Origin: a virus | Length of the DNA stretch: 64,000 bases | IMG/VR virus record: IMGVR_UViG_3300009506_000019 | Location: 64,001-128,000 of that record | Reading direction: 5' to 3' (one strand) | In this document: positions 1 through 9,631 of the stretch, one piece after another | Layout: every line of letters starts with the position of its first letter | Position numbering within the stretch: the first letter of the stretch is position 1 | The notes under the pieces: model-generated | Database searches by the model: none | What the model saw: only the letters and a program-made list of their open reading frames with translations | Told to the model about the DNA's origin: nothing | Program-made: the position numbers and the translations under genes

Positions 1-755
1 ACAGTACCCCCAACAAATTGTTTGAGGAAATCGTCATCTCCAGAGTACCTCACTTTTTCTGGTTCGATGAATTCACCCCAATCGGTGACCACACCATCGT
101 TTTCCAGAACTACCATCATGCCTTCGACGAAACGATCATAGTTGACATCCTGTCCCGTCTTCTTGCGGAAGTAGTCAGTGAGATTCAACTTCTGACCGGG
201 AAGTACCACCATCTTCGTGCCACGTGCTGCCTTCCTGCAGGCATTTGCGCCAACACCATGAGTGGTAGAGCCAAGAGCTTTCCATGCACTGTCCGGTGGA
301 AGCTTGTCGCATCCAGCACAAGTGCCACCAAGCTTGGCATGTTCGCTGCAGTCGATTGGGTGTGTCCACAGATCACCACAATCCGGCATACGACCACCAT
401 TTTCTGCGATTTTGTCGATTGGGTCGATGATAACAGCATTTGGATCGATCATGAGACGATCATCGCTCCAAACACCAGCTTCTTTCAGAACTTCGATTTC
501 GTGCTTGAGATGTTCGATGTCGATTTGAGCATTGGCACCAAGAACCACTTTTGCATTGGGGAAGTGGAAAGCGCCACAAGGAATGGTGTGGAAAGCAAAG
601 TGCTTTCCTTTGTACTCGACAGTATGCGCTGCGTTTGGACCACCTGTACGAACCAGAGCAGCGTAGGGAACATCTTGCAGGATGGACATGAATTTGCCCT
701 TGCCCTCGCTGCCAGCATTCAATCCCACCAAAATATCAACGCAACGATTCGTCAT
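1..755 (-). CDS. purZ: Adenylosuccinate-synthetase homolog of PurZ/PurZ0 type (runs off the left edge; absent from ORF track)
   Basis: Manual translation from ATG at 755: MTNRCVDILVGLNAGSEGKGK...RTGGPNAAHT...MIDPNAVIID...LGSTTHGVG, open to window edge. PurA motifs are present, with Ser in place of the catalytic Asp (GSEGKG vs GDEGKG). Confidence 0.8.
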   Translation of the reverse strand, partial: MTNRCVDILVGLNAGSEGKGKFMSILQDVPYAALVRTGGPNAAHTVEYKGKHFAFHTIPCGAFHFPNAKVVLGANAQIDIEHLKHEIEVLKEAGVWSDDRLMIDPNAVIIDPIDKIAENGGRMPDCGDLWTHPIDCSEHAKLGGTCAGCDKLPPDSAWKALGSTTHGVGANACRKAARGTKMVVLPGQKLNLTDYFRKKTGQDVNYDRFVEGMMVVLENDGVVTDWGEFIEPEKVRYSGDDDFLKQFVGGT

Positions 756-1000
756 TATGCTTTCTCCTGTACAATGTTGTCGATATAACTCGACGGTATG
801 GAGCCTTTTACTTTCAAAAGGACGTTTCCCTTGTCGTCCACTATAATACTGGTGGGGTAGCTGATTATTCGGTACCGTGCTATCGTCAGCAGGTCTTCCA
901 AATCAGTGGAGTCGAATCGTATATGCTTGAAGTCCAAACCATCACGTTGTGGAAGGGTTGGTAACTTCTCACCATTCTTTGTGAATACGTAGATAATCAT
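755..1000 (-). CDS. Small thioredoxin-fold-like protein lacking CxxC
   Basis: 81 aa from ATG 1000; RYRIISYPTSIIVDDKGNVL resembles the cis-Pro/beta-hairpin part of the thioredoxin fold. Lies just downstream of the RNR gene; its stop overlaps the next start (TAATG). Confidence 0.55.
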   Translation of the reverse strand: MIIYVFTKNGEKLPTLPQRDGLDFKHIRFDSTDLEDLLTIARYRIISYPTSIIVDDKGNVLLKVKGSIPSSYIDNIVQEKA

Positions 1001-1014
1001 ACATATTTTATACC

Positions 1015-3306
1015 TTAACAGCGGCTGTAGCCGCAATTATAGCATTTGGAGCAGCCTTCTTCGAATGCCATGGCTGCACCGCAAGACGGACACGCACCAA
1101 CATGCCCATTTGTGGCCTTATGCTCAGCTGTTTGCCCCTGCATCTCAGCAAGATGTTCCTCAAGAGCAACAGAGATAGCATCTCCACACGATGTGATAAT
1201 TCGTGGTCGATTTCCTGTATGCTTTGACTTGTGCATTGCTGTGACGTGACAACGAATGCCACCAAGTTGTTTTGCAATTTTCTCTGGTGGAGCGCCGTGT
1301 TGCATGGCAATGCTGGCCATTCTGGCGATAGCTTCTGTTTGTGCAGCAGCACAGCCACCACCTTTGCCCAGACGAGCCGTAATCTCGTGCGTACCATCCT
1401 CATTTCCACCAATGTATACCATTAGACTACCGCAACCGTTCACTACTTTGCGGTTGCTGCCATGCGTAACCGGTGCACGCTTGCCAATCTGGATGAGCCC
1501 ATTCGGCTCTACCTTCTTGGTGCTGAGAGGCTGATATTTACGGCTTCCATCGCGGTATACCGTAATTCCTTTGCATCCACCTTCAAAAGCCATCTTGTAG
1601 GCTTTGTCCACATCAGCAGCAGAGGCATCGTGACTCATATTGATGGTTTTTGATACCGCCGACGTAATGTATCTCTGCCAGATAGTTTGATGATGGATAT
1701 GCCACTCATAATCAATATCATGAGCGGTGGGGAAAGCTGCCCGAATGTCTGCTGGTAGAAAATCCGCTTTCTTGAGAGAACCACCCACATTGGCCAACTT
1801 CTGTCTAACCTCTGGGGTGTCCAACCCACGTCGCTCGAGCATGCTGAACAAAGCAGGATGATAATCCACCTGCACCATACCAGCCTGATCACGAACAGTC
1901 ACAGGAGCGAACAATGGTTCAATCCCACTTGAACACATGGCATAGAGCGATGTGGTGCCAGTCGGAGCGATGGTCGTTCTATCACTATTGCGCATATGCT
2001 TTTCTTTGCCATCATACGCACTCCCCTCAAAGAAGGGAAAATTCCCACGATCTTGACCAAGCCTACGACTCTCATCCAACGAAATCTTGTCGAAAAACTC
2101 ACCGATTTCATCGGCCTTGGACAAAGCCGCATCTGAATCGTATGGAATATTCATGGTAGCAAGCATGTCTGCCCACCCCATGATGCCAAGACCAATCCTA
2201 CGAGTACCACGGTTCATTTCAGCCAGCTCTTGGATTGGAAAGCAATTTACTTCCACAATGTCATCCAAGAATTGAACACCAAAACGAACGGCATCTTCCA
2301 GCGCTTCCCAATCTACTTGGGATGTACCATTGATTCCGGCCACGAACTTGCTGAGGTTTATATGTCCGAGATTGCAGGACTCATAGGGGAGGAGCGGCTG
2401 CTCACCACAAGGATTAGTAGTACGAATCCTACCAATGTGGGGAATAGCATGCTTCCTATTAGCAGTGTCTTCGAAAAAGATGCCAGGCTCGCCATTTTCG
2501 TGTGCATTGTGAACAATCAAGTCCCACAGCTCTTGAGCTGGCATTGACCCACGTTTTTCGCCTGTGTGAGGATCTTTGAAATACCAATCATCACCAGCAA
2601 CTAGAGCTTCCATAAATCTGTCTGGAATTGAAACCGAGATGTTGAACTTCTCGATTCCAATGACAGATTTGAGTCTTTTGGCCTCTTCCGGGCCAACATC
2701 AAACTTCTTGGCCAATTCATCAATTTCTATCTCAATGCCTGCTTTTTTGCAGGTGATGAAATCAACAATGTCCGGATGCCCAACATCCAGCATTGCCATA
2801 TTTGCTCCCTCACGCATTCCCTGTGCTACATGGGTCGCATTCTCGTTCAGCATCCGCAGCCAATTGACCGGACCTCTGGTTGTGAATCGATCTGCGGCTT
2901 TTGTGCCTGCGGAACGTATTCCACCCAGGAAGAATCCCGTGCCTCCACCGGAGGCTTGGATCATCCCTTGATTGTAGTGCGATTTGTATATAGATGGAAG
3001 GTTGTCTTCTACCGGTAGTACGAAACATGCTGAACACTGTGCGTTGGGAAATCCTGCATTGACAAGCGTAGGAGTGTTTGGCATAAACTTATGCTCAAAC
3101 ATCATCTCAGTTGCTTTTTCGATAAAACGAGCAGTAGCCTTGCCATCCTCATACACAGAATGGCCTTTTGCTACGTGATTGGCTACGCGACGAAATGCAT
3201 CAAGCGGCGTTTCTTGTTTGCCATTGTCTTTTGTGAATAAAATTCTCTCCCGCATGATGTTGTAAACAACATCGGAGACATTAATGCCTTCAGCCGCAGC
3301 CTGCAT
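1015..3306 (-). CDS. nrdJ: Class II (adenosylcobalamin-dependent) ribonucleotide reductase with C-terminal TSCPD-like domain and Zn ribbon
   Basis: PNTPTLVNAG, SACFV, GGGTG, TNPCGEQPL, CNLG, TTIAPTGT, SKTIN, KGITVYRDGSR, C-terminal CPSCG...EEGCSKCYNCGYSRC; no beta subunit adjacent. Confidence 0.93.
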   Translation of the reverse strand: MQAAAEGINVSDVVYNIMRERILFTKDNGKQETPLDAFRRVANHVAKGHSVYEDGKATARFIEKATEMMFEHKFMPNTPTLVNAGFPNAQCSACFVLPVEDNLPSIYKSHYNQGMIQASGGGTGFFLGGIRSAGTKAADRFTTRGPVNWLRMLNENATHVAQGMREGANMAMLDVGHPDIVDFITCKKAGIEIEIDELAKKFDVGPEEAKRLKSVIGIEKFNISVSIPDRFMEALVAGDDWYFKDPHTGEKRGSMPAQELWDLIVHNAHENGEPGIFFEDTANRKHAIPHIGRIRTTNPCGEQPLLPYESCNLGHINLSKFVAGINGTSQVDWEALEDAVRFGVQFLDDIVEVNCFPIQELAEMNRGTRRIGLGIMGWADMLATMNIPYDSDAALSKADEIGEFFDKISLDESRRLGQDRGNFPFFEGSAYDGKEKHMRNSDRTTIAPTGTTSLYAMCSSGIEPLFAPVTVRDQAGMVQVDYHPALFSMLERRGLDTPEVRQKLANVGGSLKKADFLPADIRAAFPTAHDIDYEWHIHHQTIWQRYITSAVSKTINMSHDASAADVDKAYKMAFEGGCKGITVYRDGSRKYQPLSTKKVEPNGLIQIGKRAPVTHGSNRKVVNGCGSLMVYIGGNEDGTHEITARLGKGGGCAAAQTEAIARMASIAMQHGAPPEKIAKQLGGIRCHVTAMHKSKHTGNRPRIITSCGDAISVALEEHLAEMQGQTAEHKATNGHVGACPSCGAAMAFEEGCSKCYNCGYSRC

Positions 3307-3456
3307 GCTTGCTCCATTACCAATAAATTGGGTATGTTTCTATATCGCGGGTAGAAGAGTTGTTAATTATCCCACGACGATGAGTCACAATATACAATAA
3401 TCCGGCTCTGCAATCGTGCAGCAATATGGTACACCTTATTCGAAAAAGGAGTAAGG

Positions 3457-3759
3457 TTAACTGCCGGTGGTCTGCGTCAAAATAGATGGATCTGGTTGGC
3501 GCTCAGAGACTATAATGAAGTCTCCTGCGACAATGCGTTGAGCCAGCTCGAGAGCTGGATCTTTACACATGTTTCGCGCCGTCCAATAATCTGCTGCTCG
3601 CAATGTGGCAGGAAGAGCTTCGTCCACAAGATCTTGCTCTTCATCTTCTGCCCAGGCATACCCACCATAGCCTTGCATTGTGTATCCGCCAGTCCTGACA
3701 CACTTTATGCGAAGCTCGCCTTTGAGAGCTGCTACTTGTTCTGGAGTCAATTCAGCCAT
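3457..3759 (-). CDS. Hypothetical protein, paralog of 9632..9880
   Basis: Tight operon spacing; shared motifs DLvdeaLP, DywTA, L.Q.I.aGD. Confidence 0.7.
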   Translation of the reverse strand: MAELTPEQVAALKGELRIKCVRTGGYTMQGYGGYAWAEDEEQDLVDEALPATLRAADYWTARNMCKDPALELAQRIVAGDFIIVSERQPDPSILTQTTGS

Positions 3760-3762
3760 TGG

Positions 3763-4053
3763 CTATTCTCCGGCAGGACACTGATGCTCTGGTGTCCTAC
3801 GAATTTGGCCGCAATCCAAACAGAGGATAGATCCTTCGATCTTACACTTGGCACCTCTGATGGCCTGTACAACCAGACGCTGGTAATGCGCGTCTTTCTC
3901 ACGCGCTATAGCCTCGGCCTCTGTGGCTTCTTCTTTTGCTTCCCTCAGAGTATCCAACGTCTTTTGTTCAACAGTAGGCACATCTTTGGCCATAGCAGTC
4001 CTCGCCAACGCTGCGGCAGTCCTTCTTGCCTTGCGGTTCATTGTGTTAGTCAT
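3763..4053 (-). CDS. Hypothetical coiled-coil protein with C-terminal Cys cluster
   Basis: Operon spacing; helical E/K/A-rich core, CLDCG...HQC. Confidence 0.65.
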   Translation of the reverse strand: MTNTMNRKARRTAAALARTAMAKDVPTVEQKTLDTLREAKEEATEAEAIAREKDAHYQRLVVQAIRGAKCKIEGSILCLDCGQIRRTPEHQCPAGE

Positions 4054-4059
4054 AATAGA

Positions 4060-4392
4060 CTATACAATGGAACCGGCGTCGATTATCCCCTTCGCCAAAA
4101 GGTACTCGAACAGACCACGCTTGGCGGCATCATACGTCAACTCGCCATCGTTGGACGCATGTGTCGTAACAAGGGTGGTATAATCCTCTCCCTGAATGGA
4201 AACACTGGTCTCTTTACCAGTGGGGGTCATTCCTGGGACCCAATTGTCGGTCACAGTATTTCCATACTCAAGCTCGAGATGGATCATCTGGCGACGACGA
4301 TCATGCAACTGACGCATGATTGAGATCTGGTTGTAAGGGCCATTCGGATCAAGATCACCGACAGCCACGGGAGTAGTTAGTTGCCAAGGCAT
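4060..4392 (-). CDS. Putative fibre-associated/chaperone protein, paralog of 30963..31337
   Basis: Immediately downstream of adhesin fibre; LTT.V..GDL, EYG....WV.GM, YD...R.L...L...G shared with 30963..31337. Confidence 0.7.
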   Translation of the reverse strand: MPWQLTTPVAVGDLDPNGPYNQISIMRQLHDRRRQMIHLELEYGNTVTDNWVPGMTPTGKETSVSIQGEDYTTLVTTHASNDGELTYDAAKRGLFEYLLAKGIIDAGSIV

Positions 4393-4401
4393 GATTTTCT
4401 C

Positions 4402-6393
4402 CTATGTAGCGGAGCTTAACCCAGCTCCCTCTAGTACGTTAATAATTGCGTTTATAGCCGCTCTGGCTTCCGAGTCTACCGTTGTACCTCCAGTAGGATC
4501 GGAAATCTTAGTCGGCTGCGATGATGGTGGAACAGCTCCCCATGCCGCAAAACCACTACCAATCTGAAGTTCTAAATCATAAGAACCACCAATGGTTCCC
4601 ATAGTAACTCTATTGTTGCTGGTGGTTGTGGCACCTCTACCAAAAGCCATACTAGTATTGTGTGAAGCGTGTGCCTGATAGCCAAGTGCCACGGAACCCT
4701 GTATATTATCATCTATCTGAGTCGCAGCACCGATTGCAATAGAATAGTCTGCATTACCGGTTGCGGTTGATCCAACATCGGCCCCATCGCCGAGAGCAAT
4801 GGCACTTACTGAATTGTTCCACACCTTGGCGTTTCCACCAATGGACACTGAGCTACCCTGGCCAAGGTTTTGTGCGTTTACACCGATCGCAACACCACCG
4901 GTCTCACTTACTGTTGCTGCGCTTCCGATGGCAACCGAAGAAATACCTGTCGCCTGAGCGTTGTTACCCATAGCCACAGAAAATTGAAGTGTGGCATCAG
5001 TACCTGAACCAATAGCGACCGCACCAACACCAGTAGCAGTAGCGGTATCACCGACCGCCACTGCTGAAGAGGCACCACTAGAAGCTGAATAACCAATAGA
5101 AACCGCGTGTGTTGGAGTTGTTCCTGACGTAGAGGCTAGGTTGCCGACAATCACACTACCAGAACCACCACCACCCGCAGTTGCACCAGCACCAATTGCA
5201 ATCGTACCTGTATTTGTGGTGTTGATGTCTGCGCCGTTGCCGATGGCGATTGCCACAGACCCACTTCCAGCTGAAGCAAGACCTATCGCAATACCATTAC
5301 CTGCAATGGCTCCATCGCCAAGACCAACACCCCCAGCAGTTGAAGTCGTGCCTGTTCCAATAGCAATCGAATCATCACCAGTACATTGAGCACCGGTACC
5401 AAGAGCGATTGCTCTCAAGGAACTATCATTTACTGTAGAATCTTGGCCAATTGCGATCGATAGACTTGATCCACCACCCGTTGTGGTTCCAACTTTGGCT
5501 GCATATCCAATCGCTATGGCTGACGTGTTGCCATTCCACACCCTAGCGGATCTACCAAGTGCTACAGCGTCCGTGGCGCTGGCGTCAATTTCGGCGCTAT
5601 AGCCCAAAGACACTGTGCCTGAAGCGTAAGCTTTAGAGTATGGACCAACCGCAACTGCTGTTCCAGCTGTCGCTGATGAAGAAATTCCAACAGCAACAGA
5701 GCTTCCACCATTTGCAACAGAAGCTTGATATCCAACAGCAACAGATCCAATGCTATTGGTGTTGCTTGCTAAATAACCGAGAGCAACTGAGCTTCCTGAC
5801 CCGGCTGATGCCTGTGTTCCAATGGCAACACAACTCGTGGCGCTAGCTGCAGCCGTCGCAAGATATCCCATCACGATAGCGTAGTTCGCACCAGCACCAA
5901 CCGTAGGTCCTCTACCAATGGCAATAGCATTGGTACCAGACACATTGGGCGCATAGCCCATTGCAATCGCGTATGATGTAGAATCTTGCACCAGGGCATT
6001 GTAACCAATGGCGATAGCGTAATCAGAATTTCCAGTTGCAGTAGTTCCTATTCTAGCTTGGTAACCGACTGCAATACCACCAACAGTGTTATCATATACT
6101 TGAGCCGTGTTGCCAATTGCAATGCTGTTCGCACACGCATCGTTTATAGTGGCAGAACCACCGATCGCAATGCCGTAATCGGAATTTGCAGCAGCTGTTG
6201 ATCCAACATGTGCACTGTGTCCAATTGCCACTGAGTTGGAGGAGCTATCCCAAACCTGAGCCTGATTTCCAAGAGCAACGCTGCTTTCACACCCGTCTTT
6301 TACTGACGCAGTGTCACCAATAACCACACTGTATGCTGATCCACCAGTGGCTGAGCCTCCCACGTTACGATCGAACGCGAGCAATTGTCCCAA
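4402..6393 (-). CDS. C-terminal part of giant YadA-head-repeat (trimeric adhesin-like) fibre; frameshifted from 6300..9629
   Basis: Dozens of ~14-aa (S/A)(I/V)A(I/V)G repeats. No convincing own start; the repeat register continues from the upstream ORF. Confidence 0.75.
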   Translation of the reverse strand: MGQLLAFDRNVGGSATGGSAYSVVIGDTASVKDGCESSVALGNQAQVWDSSSNSVAIGHSAHVGSTAAANSDYGIAIGGSATINDACANSIAIGNTAQVYDNTVGGIAVGYQARIGTTATGNSDYAIAIGYNALVQDSTSYAIAMGYAPNVSGTNAIAIGRGPTVGAGANYAIVMGYLATAAASATSCVAIGTQASAGSGSSVALGYLASNTNSIGSVAVGYQASVANGGSSVAVGISSSATAGTAVAVGPYSKAYASGTVSLGYSAEIDASATDAVALGRSARVWNGNTSAIAIGYAAKVGTTTGGGSSLSIAIGQDSTVNDSSLRAIALGTGAQCTGDDSIAIGTGTTSTAGGVGLGDGAIAGNGIAIGLASAGSGSVAIAIGNGADINTTNTGTIAIGAGATAGGGGSGSVIVGNLASTSGTTPTHAVSIGYSASSGASSAVAVGDTATATGVGAVAIGSGTDATLQFSVAMGNNAQATGISSVAIGSAATVSETGGVAIGVNAQNLGQGSSVSIGGNAKVWNNSVSAIALGDGADVGSTATGNADYSIAIGAATQIDDNIQGSVALGYQAHASHNTSMAFGRGATTTSNNRVTMGTIGGSYDLELQIGSGFAAWGAVPPSSQPTKISDPTGGTTVDSEARAAINAIINVLEGAGLSSAT

Positions 6394-9300
6394 ACCTTGG
6401 TTTGAGCGCCTATGGCCACCACACCATGAGTAAGTGCTGTTGAGTTATACCCAATTGCAATACAATCGTCTTGGTTTACATGGGTACCGTCACCAATGGC
6501 CACACTGTATCCAATGGCCACACATCTTTCAGACTGGTCTGATATTGATGAATTATGACCAATAGCAATAGATTCAAGCGATGCTCCCGTAGCCGAATTT
6601 CCGATTTCAACCGACCGACCGATTGCGATCGCGTCTGTAGTGTTGTCCCAAATTGTTGCAAGAGTACCAATTGCAATTGAATTGTTTGCGGTAGACGGCA
6701 ATGTTGAGAAAGGAGCAATCGCAATGCCGTAACCAGCAGCACATGTTACCTGTTGGCCGATTGCAATCGAGCCTGCAGAACCTGACGCGGTTGTATTCCA
6801 GCCAACAGCTGTGCCACCACTACCAGTAGCAGATGACGATACACCAACAGCTGTGCCATACACTGCAGACGCTATTGAACTATCACCAACAGCAATGGCA
6901 CTGGCTTGGTTCACAGTAGCATTGCGTCCAATCGCCAATGTAGAATTGGCTGAAGCAGCTGCACCATAACCAATCGCCATCGCATAAGAAGATATGGCTT
7001 GGGCATTGGTGCCAATGGCCATCATATACGAGTGGCCAGACACCCCAGCGCCAGCTCCATAACCAATGGCCATAGAGCCACTGGAAAGTGTGACCGCCGC
7101 ATTTTGGCCAATAGCGATGCCGTTTCCGGCTGTCGAAGCTACCGAAGCAGAACTACCAATAGCGACCGCTCCGGTGCTAGCTGCAGTAGCGCCTGGGCCA
7201 GCTTTGAAGCTATTAGCACCAGTGCCAAGAGATGAAAGAGCTGTGCCACTTCCAACAGTTACGGAAGATCCATCATATGTGAATTCGGACGATCCACCAA
7301 ATGCACCAGCATTGTTATATTGAACTTGAGTATCGGCACCACCTGGAGAAGTAGAACCACCAGCCTCGTCTTGCCATGTTGCTGCTGATCCAGATGTAGC
7401 CTTCAATACCTGACCGGCTGTCGGGGCCGTAGCACTCGAAATGGCAACTACTGTGGTAGCAGTTCGAAGTCCACTGGCAGTACGGTCATCAGACAGGCGT
7501 GAATCACCAGTATCGATGAGTGTGGCATCTGATATCTTACTGTTCAAATTTGCAAGTGTGTCAACTGTATGAAAAGCTCCACCAAGAGCATGTGCTGTGA
7601 GACCAGCATCATCCTGCCATGTTGCAGCCGTGCCTGATGTGGCTTTCAACACCTGGCCAGCTGTTGGAGCTGTAGCACTTGAAATGGCCACAACTGTGGT
7701 AGCTGTGCGAAGCCCACTGGCGGTACGATCATTCGACAAACGCGAATCGCCCGTATCGATGAGTGTAGCGTCTGAGATTTTACTATTGAGATTTGCAAGC
7801 GTATCGGCTGAATGATAAGCGCCACCAAGAGTATGCGCTACCATACTTGAATCAAGATTTACCCAAGCTGAACCAGTATGGCCACGGAAATTTGAGCCAT
7901 CCCACTCGATTGCACCAGCTGTTGCGGTTGTTCCACCACCAACAATGATTCCCTTTCCAAGCTGAAGCTCGAGATCATAGGCACCAGCAATGGTACCAAT
8001 AGTACACCGACTTGCCGCAGTTGAAGCTGCGGTATAGCCAATGGCAACACTGTTTATGTGAGTAACAGACGCGGTGTCACCAACAGCAACCCCACCGGCT
8101 TGATTTACTAAAGCACCACCACCAACGGCAACCGTATAATTTGCTCCTGCCGACGCGGTATAACCAATTGCTATGGCATCAGATGATGCACAGGCAGCAC
8201 CATACCCAATAGCTGTAGTCCGCAATGCCGCTGCGTTGGCCGCTCCTCCAACCGCTGTACTGTTCTGAGCCAAAGCTGTTGTAGTGTAACCAATTGCTAC
8301 AGCATAGTTTTGTGCAGCATTGGCTTGATATCCAAGAGCAAGAGTTCCAGAAGCACCAGCTGTTGCAGACCCACCAACAGCGAACCCATATGCTGCTGTT
8401 GAAACAGCACCTGCTCCAATCGCAATAGCATTGCCATAAGAAGACGCGCCAGAACCAATGGATACGCTATTGACGCCAGTTCCAACAGCTCCCGGACCAA
8501 CCACAACAGCATGATCACACAATGCATTGACTTCGGCTTGATATCCAATGGCGATAGAATGTCCGGACGCTCCTATCGCAGAATTACCAACATCAGCTTG
8601 ATAACCGATGGCAATCGCATATGGGCAGTTATCCCAGATCTTTGTAGTGTAGCCCATTGCGATTGTGTCAGTGGCTGTCGCAACAACATTAGCAGAATAC
8701 CCAATGACTATCGAATTTGTTGCAAGACCAGAGCTAACATATCCAATTGCTATTGATGAATTGCCGGTAGCTTGGGCGTTTGGTCCAAGAGCAGTGCTGG
8801 CAAAGGCAGCGTCTGTAAACGGACCAACCGCAACTGCATTTGTGTTGTTCGACAATGCCGAACGACCTATCGCAATTGATGATGTGCCTGTGGTCTGAGC
8901 AGACAGCCCCATACTGATACTGTATTGTCCCGAGGCTGTGGTTAAACCACCAACCGCTACGGCTTGAGCGCCTGCGGTGGCGCTATTACCAACTGCTACA
9001 GAGTTCGTGTTGCTAACACTAGAAGATCGACCGACAGCGACAGACCCAGAAAAATTAGCAGTGGCTTGAGCACCAATAGCAACCGAACTACCTTGACCAG
9101 ATCCCGAGGGTACGAGAGCAGAGGCTTGGTATCCTACGGCCGTGCAATACTCACCACCCAAACCACCAGAACCGGCTTGTGCGCCGGAACCGATGGCAGT
9201 ATCATAGCTGGCATTAGTGATAGCATTGTATCCAATGGCTACCGTTTCTGGATCACCCGCACGGCTGCTATATCCGACCGCGACACCATGAATACCAGTC

Positions 9301-9629
9301 ACTCGTGCATCATACCCAACAGCAACGCTGTGTGATGATCCACAATAGGTGTTATGACCCAAGGCCGTGCCATTGGCAGCATCAACCCGAGCAAAATGAC
9401 CAACAGCTGTTGAGAGTGTACTTACTGCATGAACCCATGCACCATGCCCAACAACTGTACATTCAGAACCTTGACCAGTTGCTCCCTCTCCAATAGCTAC
9501 TGCATGAGAACCGCTCGCAACGGCTCCATTGCCAGCCTTAAAGCTCTCAGCACCGCTGCCAGGAGACAGAAGGGCACCCACAAAAGTTTGGATGCCTTGA
9601 TATACTGCGTCTCCGTATACTTTACCCAT
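6300..9629 (-). CDS. N-terminal part of giant YadA-head-repeat fibre/adhesin
   Basis: Two blocks of AIAIG repeats separated by a duplicated 81-aa stalk-like unit and a GGADTQVQYNNAGAFGG phage-fibre motif; last ~21 aa out of repeat frame. Confidence 0.8.
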   Translation of the reverse strand: MGKVYGDAVYQGIQTFVGALLSPGSGAESFKAGNGAVASGSHAVAIGEGATGQGSECTVVGHGAWVHAVSTLSTAVGHFARVDAANGTALGHNTYCGSSHSVAVGYDARVTGIHGVAVGYSSRAGDPETVAIGYNAITNASYDTAIGSGAQAGSGGLGGEYCTAVGYQASALVPSGSGQGSSVAIGAQATANFSGSVAVGRSSSVSNTNSVAVGNSATAGAQAVAVGGLTTASGQYSISMGLSAQTTGTSSIAIGRSALSNNTNAVAVGPFTDAAFASTALGPNAQATGNSSIAIGYVSSGLATNSIVIGYSANVVATATDTIAMGYTTKIWDNCPYAIAIGYQADVGNSAIGASGHSIAIGYQAEVNALCDHAVVVGPGAVGTGVNSVSIGSGASSYGNAIAIGAGAVSTAAYGFAVGGSATAGASGTLALGYQANAAQNYAVAIGYTTTALAQNSTAVGGAANAAALRTTAIGYGAACASSDAIAIGYTASAGANYTVAVGGGALVNQAGGVAVGDTASVTHINSVAIGYTAASTAASRCTIGTIAGAYDLELQLGKGIIVGGGTTATAGAIEWDGSNFRGHTGSAWVNLDSSMVAHTLGGAYHSADTLANLNSKISDATLIDTGDSRLSNDRTASGLRTATTVVAISSATAPTAGQVLKATSGTAATWQDDAGLTAHALGGAFHTVDTLANLNSKISDATLIDTGDSRLSDDRTASGLRTATTVVAISSATAPTAGQVLKATSGSAATWQDEAGGSTSPGGADTQVQYNNAGAFGGSSEFTYDGSSVTVGSGTALSSLGTGANSFKAGPGATAASTGAVAIGSSASVASTAGNGIAIGQNAAVTLSSGSMAIGYGAGAGVSGHSYMMAIGTNAQAISSYAMAIGYGAAASANSTLAIGRNATVNQASAIAVGDSSIASAVYGTAVGVSSSATGSGGTAVGWNTTASGSAGSIAIGQQVTCAAGYGIAIAPFSTLPSTANNSIAIGTLATIWDNTTDAIAIGRSVEIGNSATGASLESIAIGHNSSISDQSERCVAIGYSVAIGDGTHVNQDDCIAIGYNSTALTHGVVAIGAQTKVWDNCSRSIVTWEAQPLVDQHTVWLLVTLRQ
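7367..7838 (-). repeat. Tandem 243-nt (81-aa) intragenic duplication
   Basis: AH.LGGA.H..DTLANLNSKISDATLIDTGDSRLS.DRTASGLRTATTVVAISSATAPTAGQVLKATSG.AATWQD occurs twice. Confidence 0.9.
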
Positions 9630-9631
9630 GA

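Noticed and set aside
18-788. 256-aa plus-strand ORF
   Set aside because: Antisense shadow of the PurZ-like gene, which carries clear family motifs.
3496-4323. 275-aa plus ORF; likewise 20961..21875 (-) and 60244..60906 (+)
   Set aside because: Antisense overlaps of better-supported genes.
6355-6395. Programmed frameshift joining the two adhesin ORFs
   Set aside because: No slippery heptamer, and the repeat register lacks five residues, which favours a deletion.
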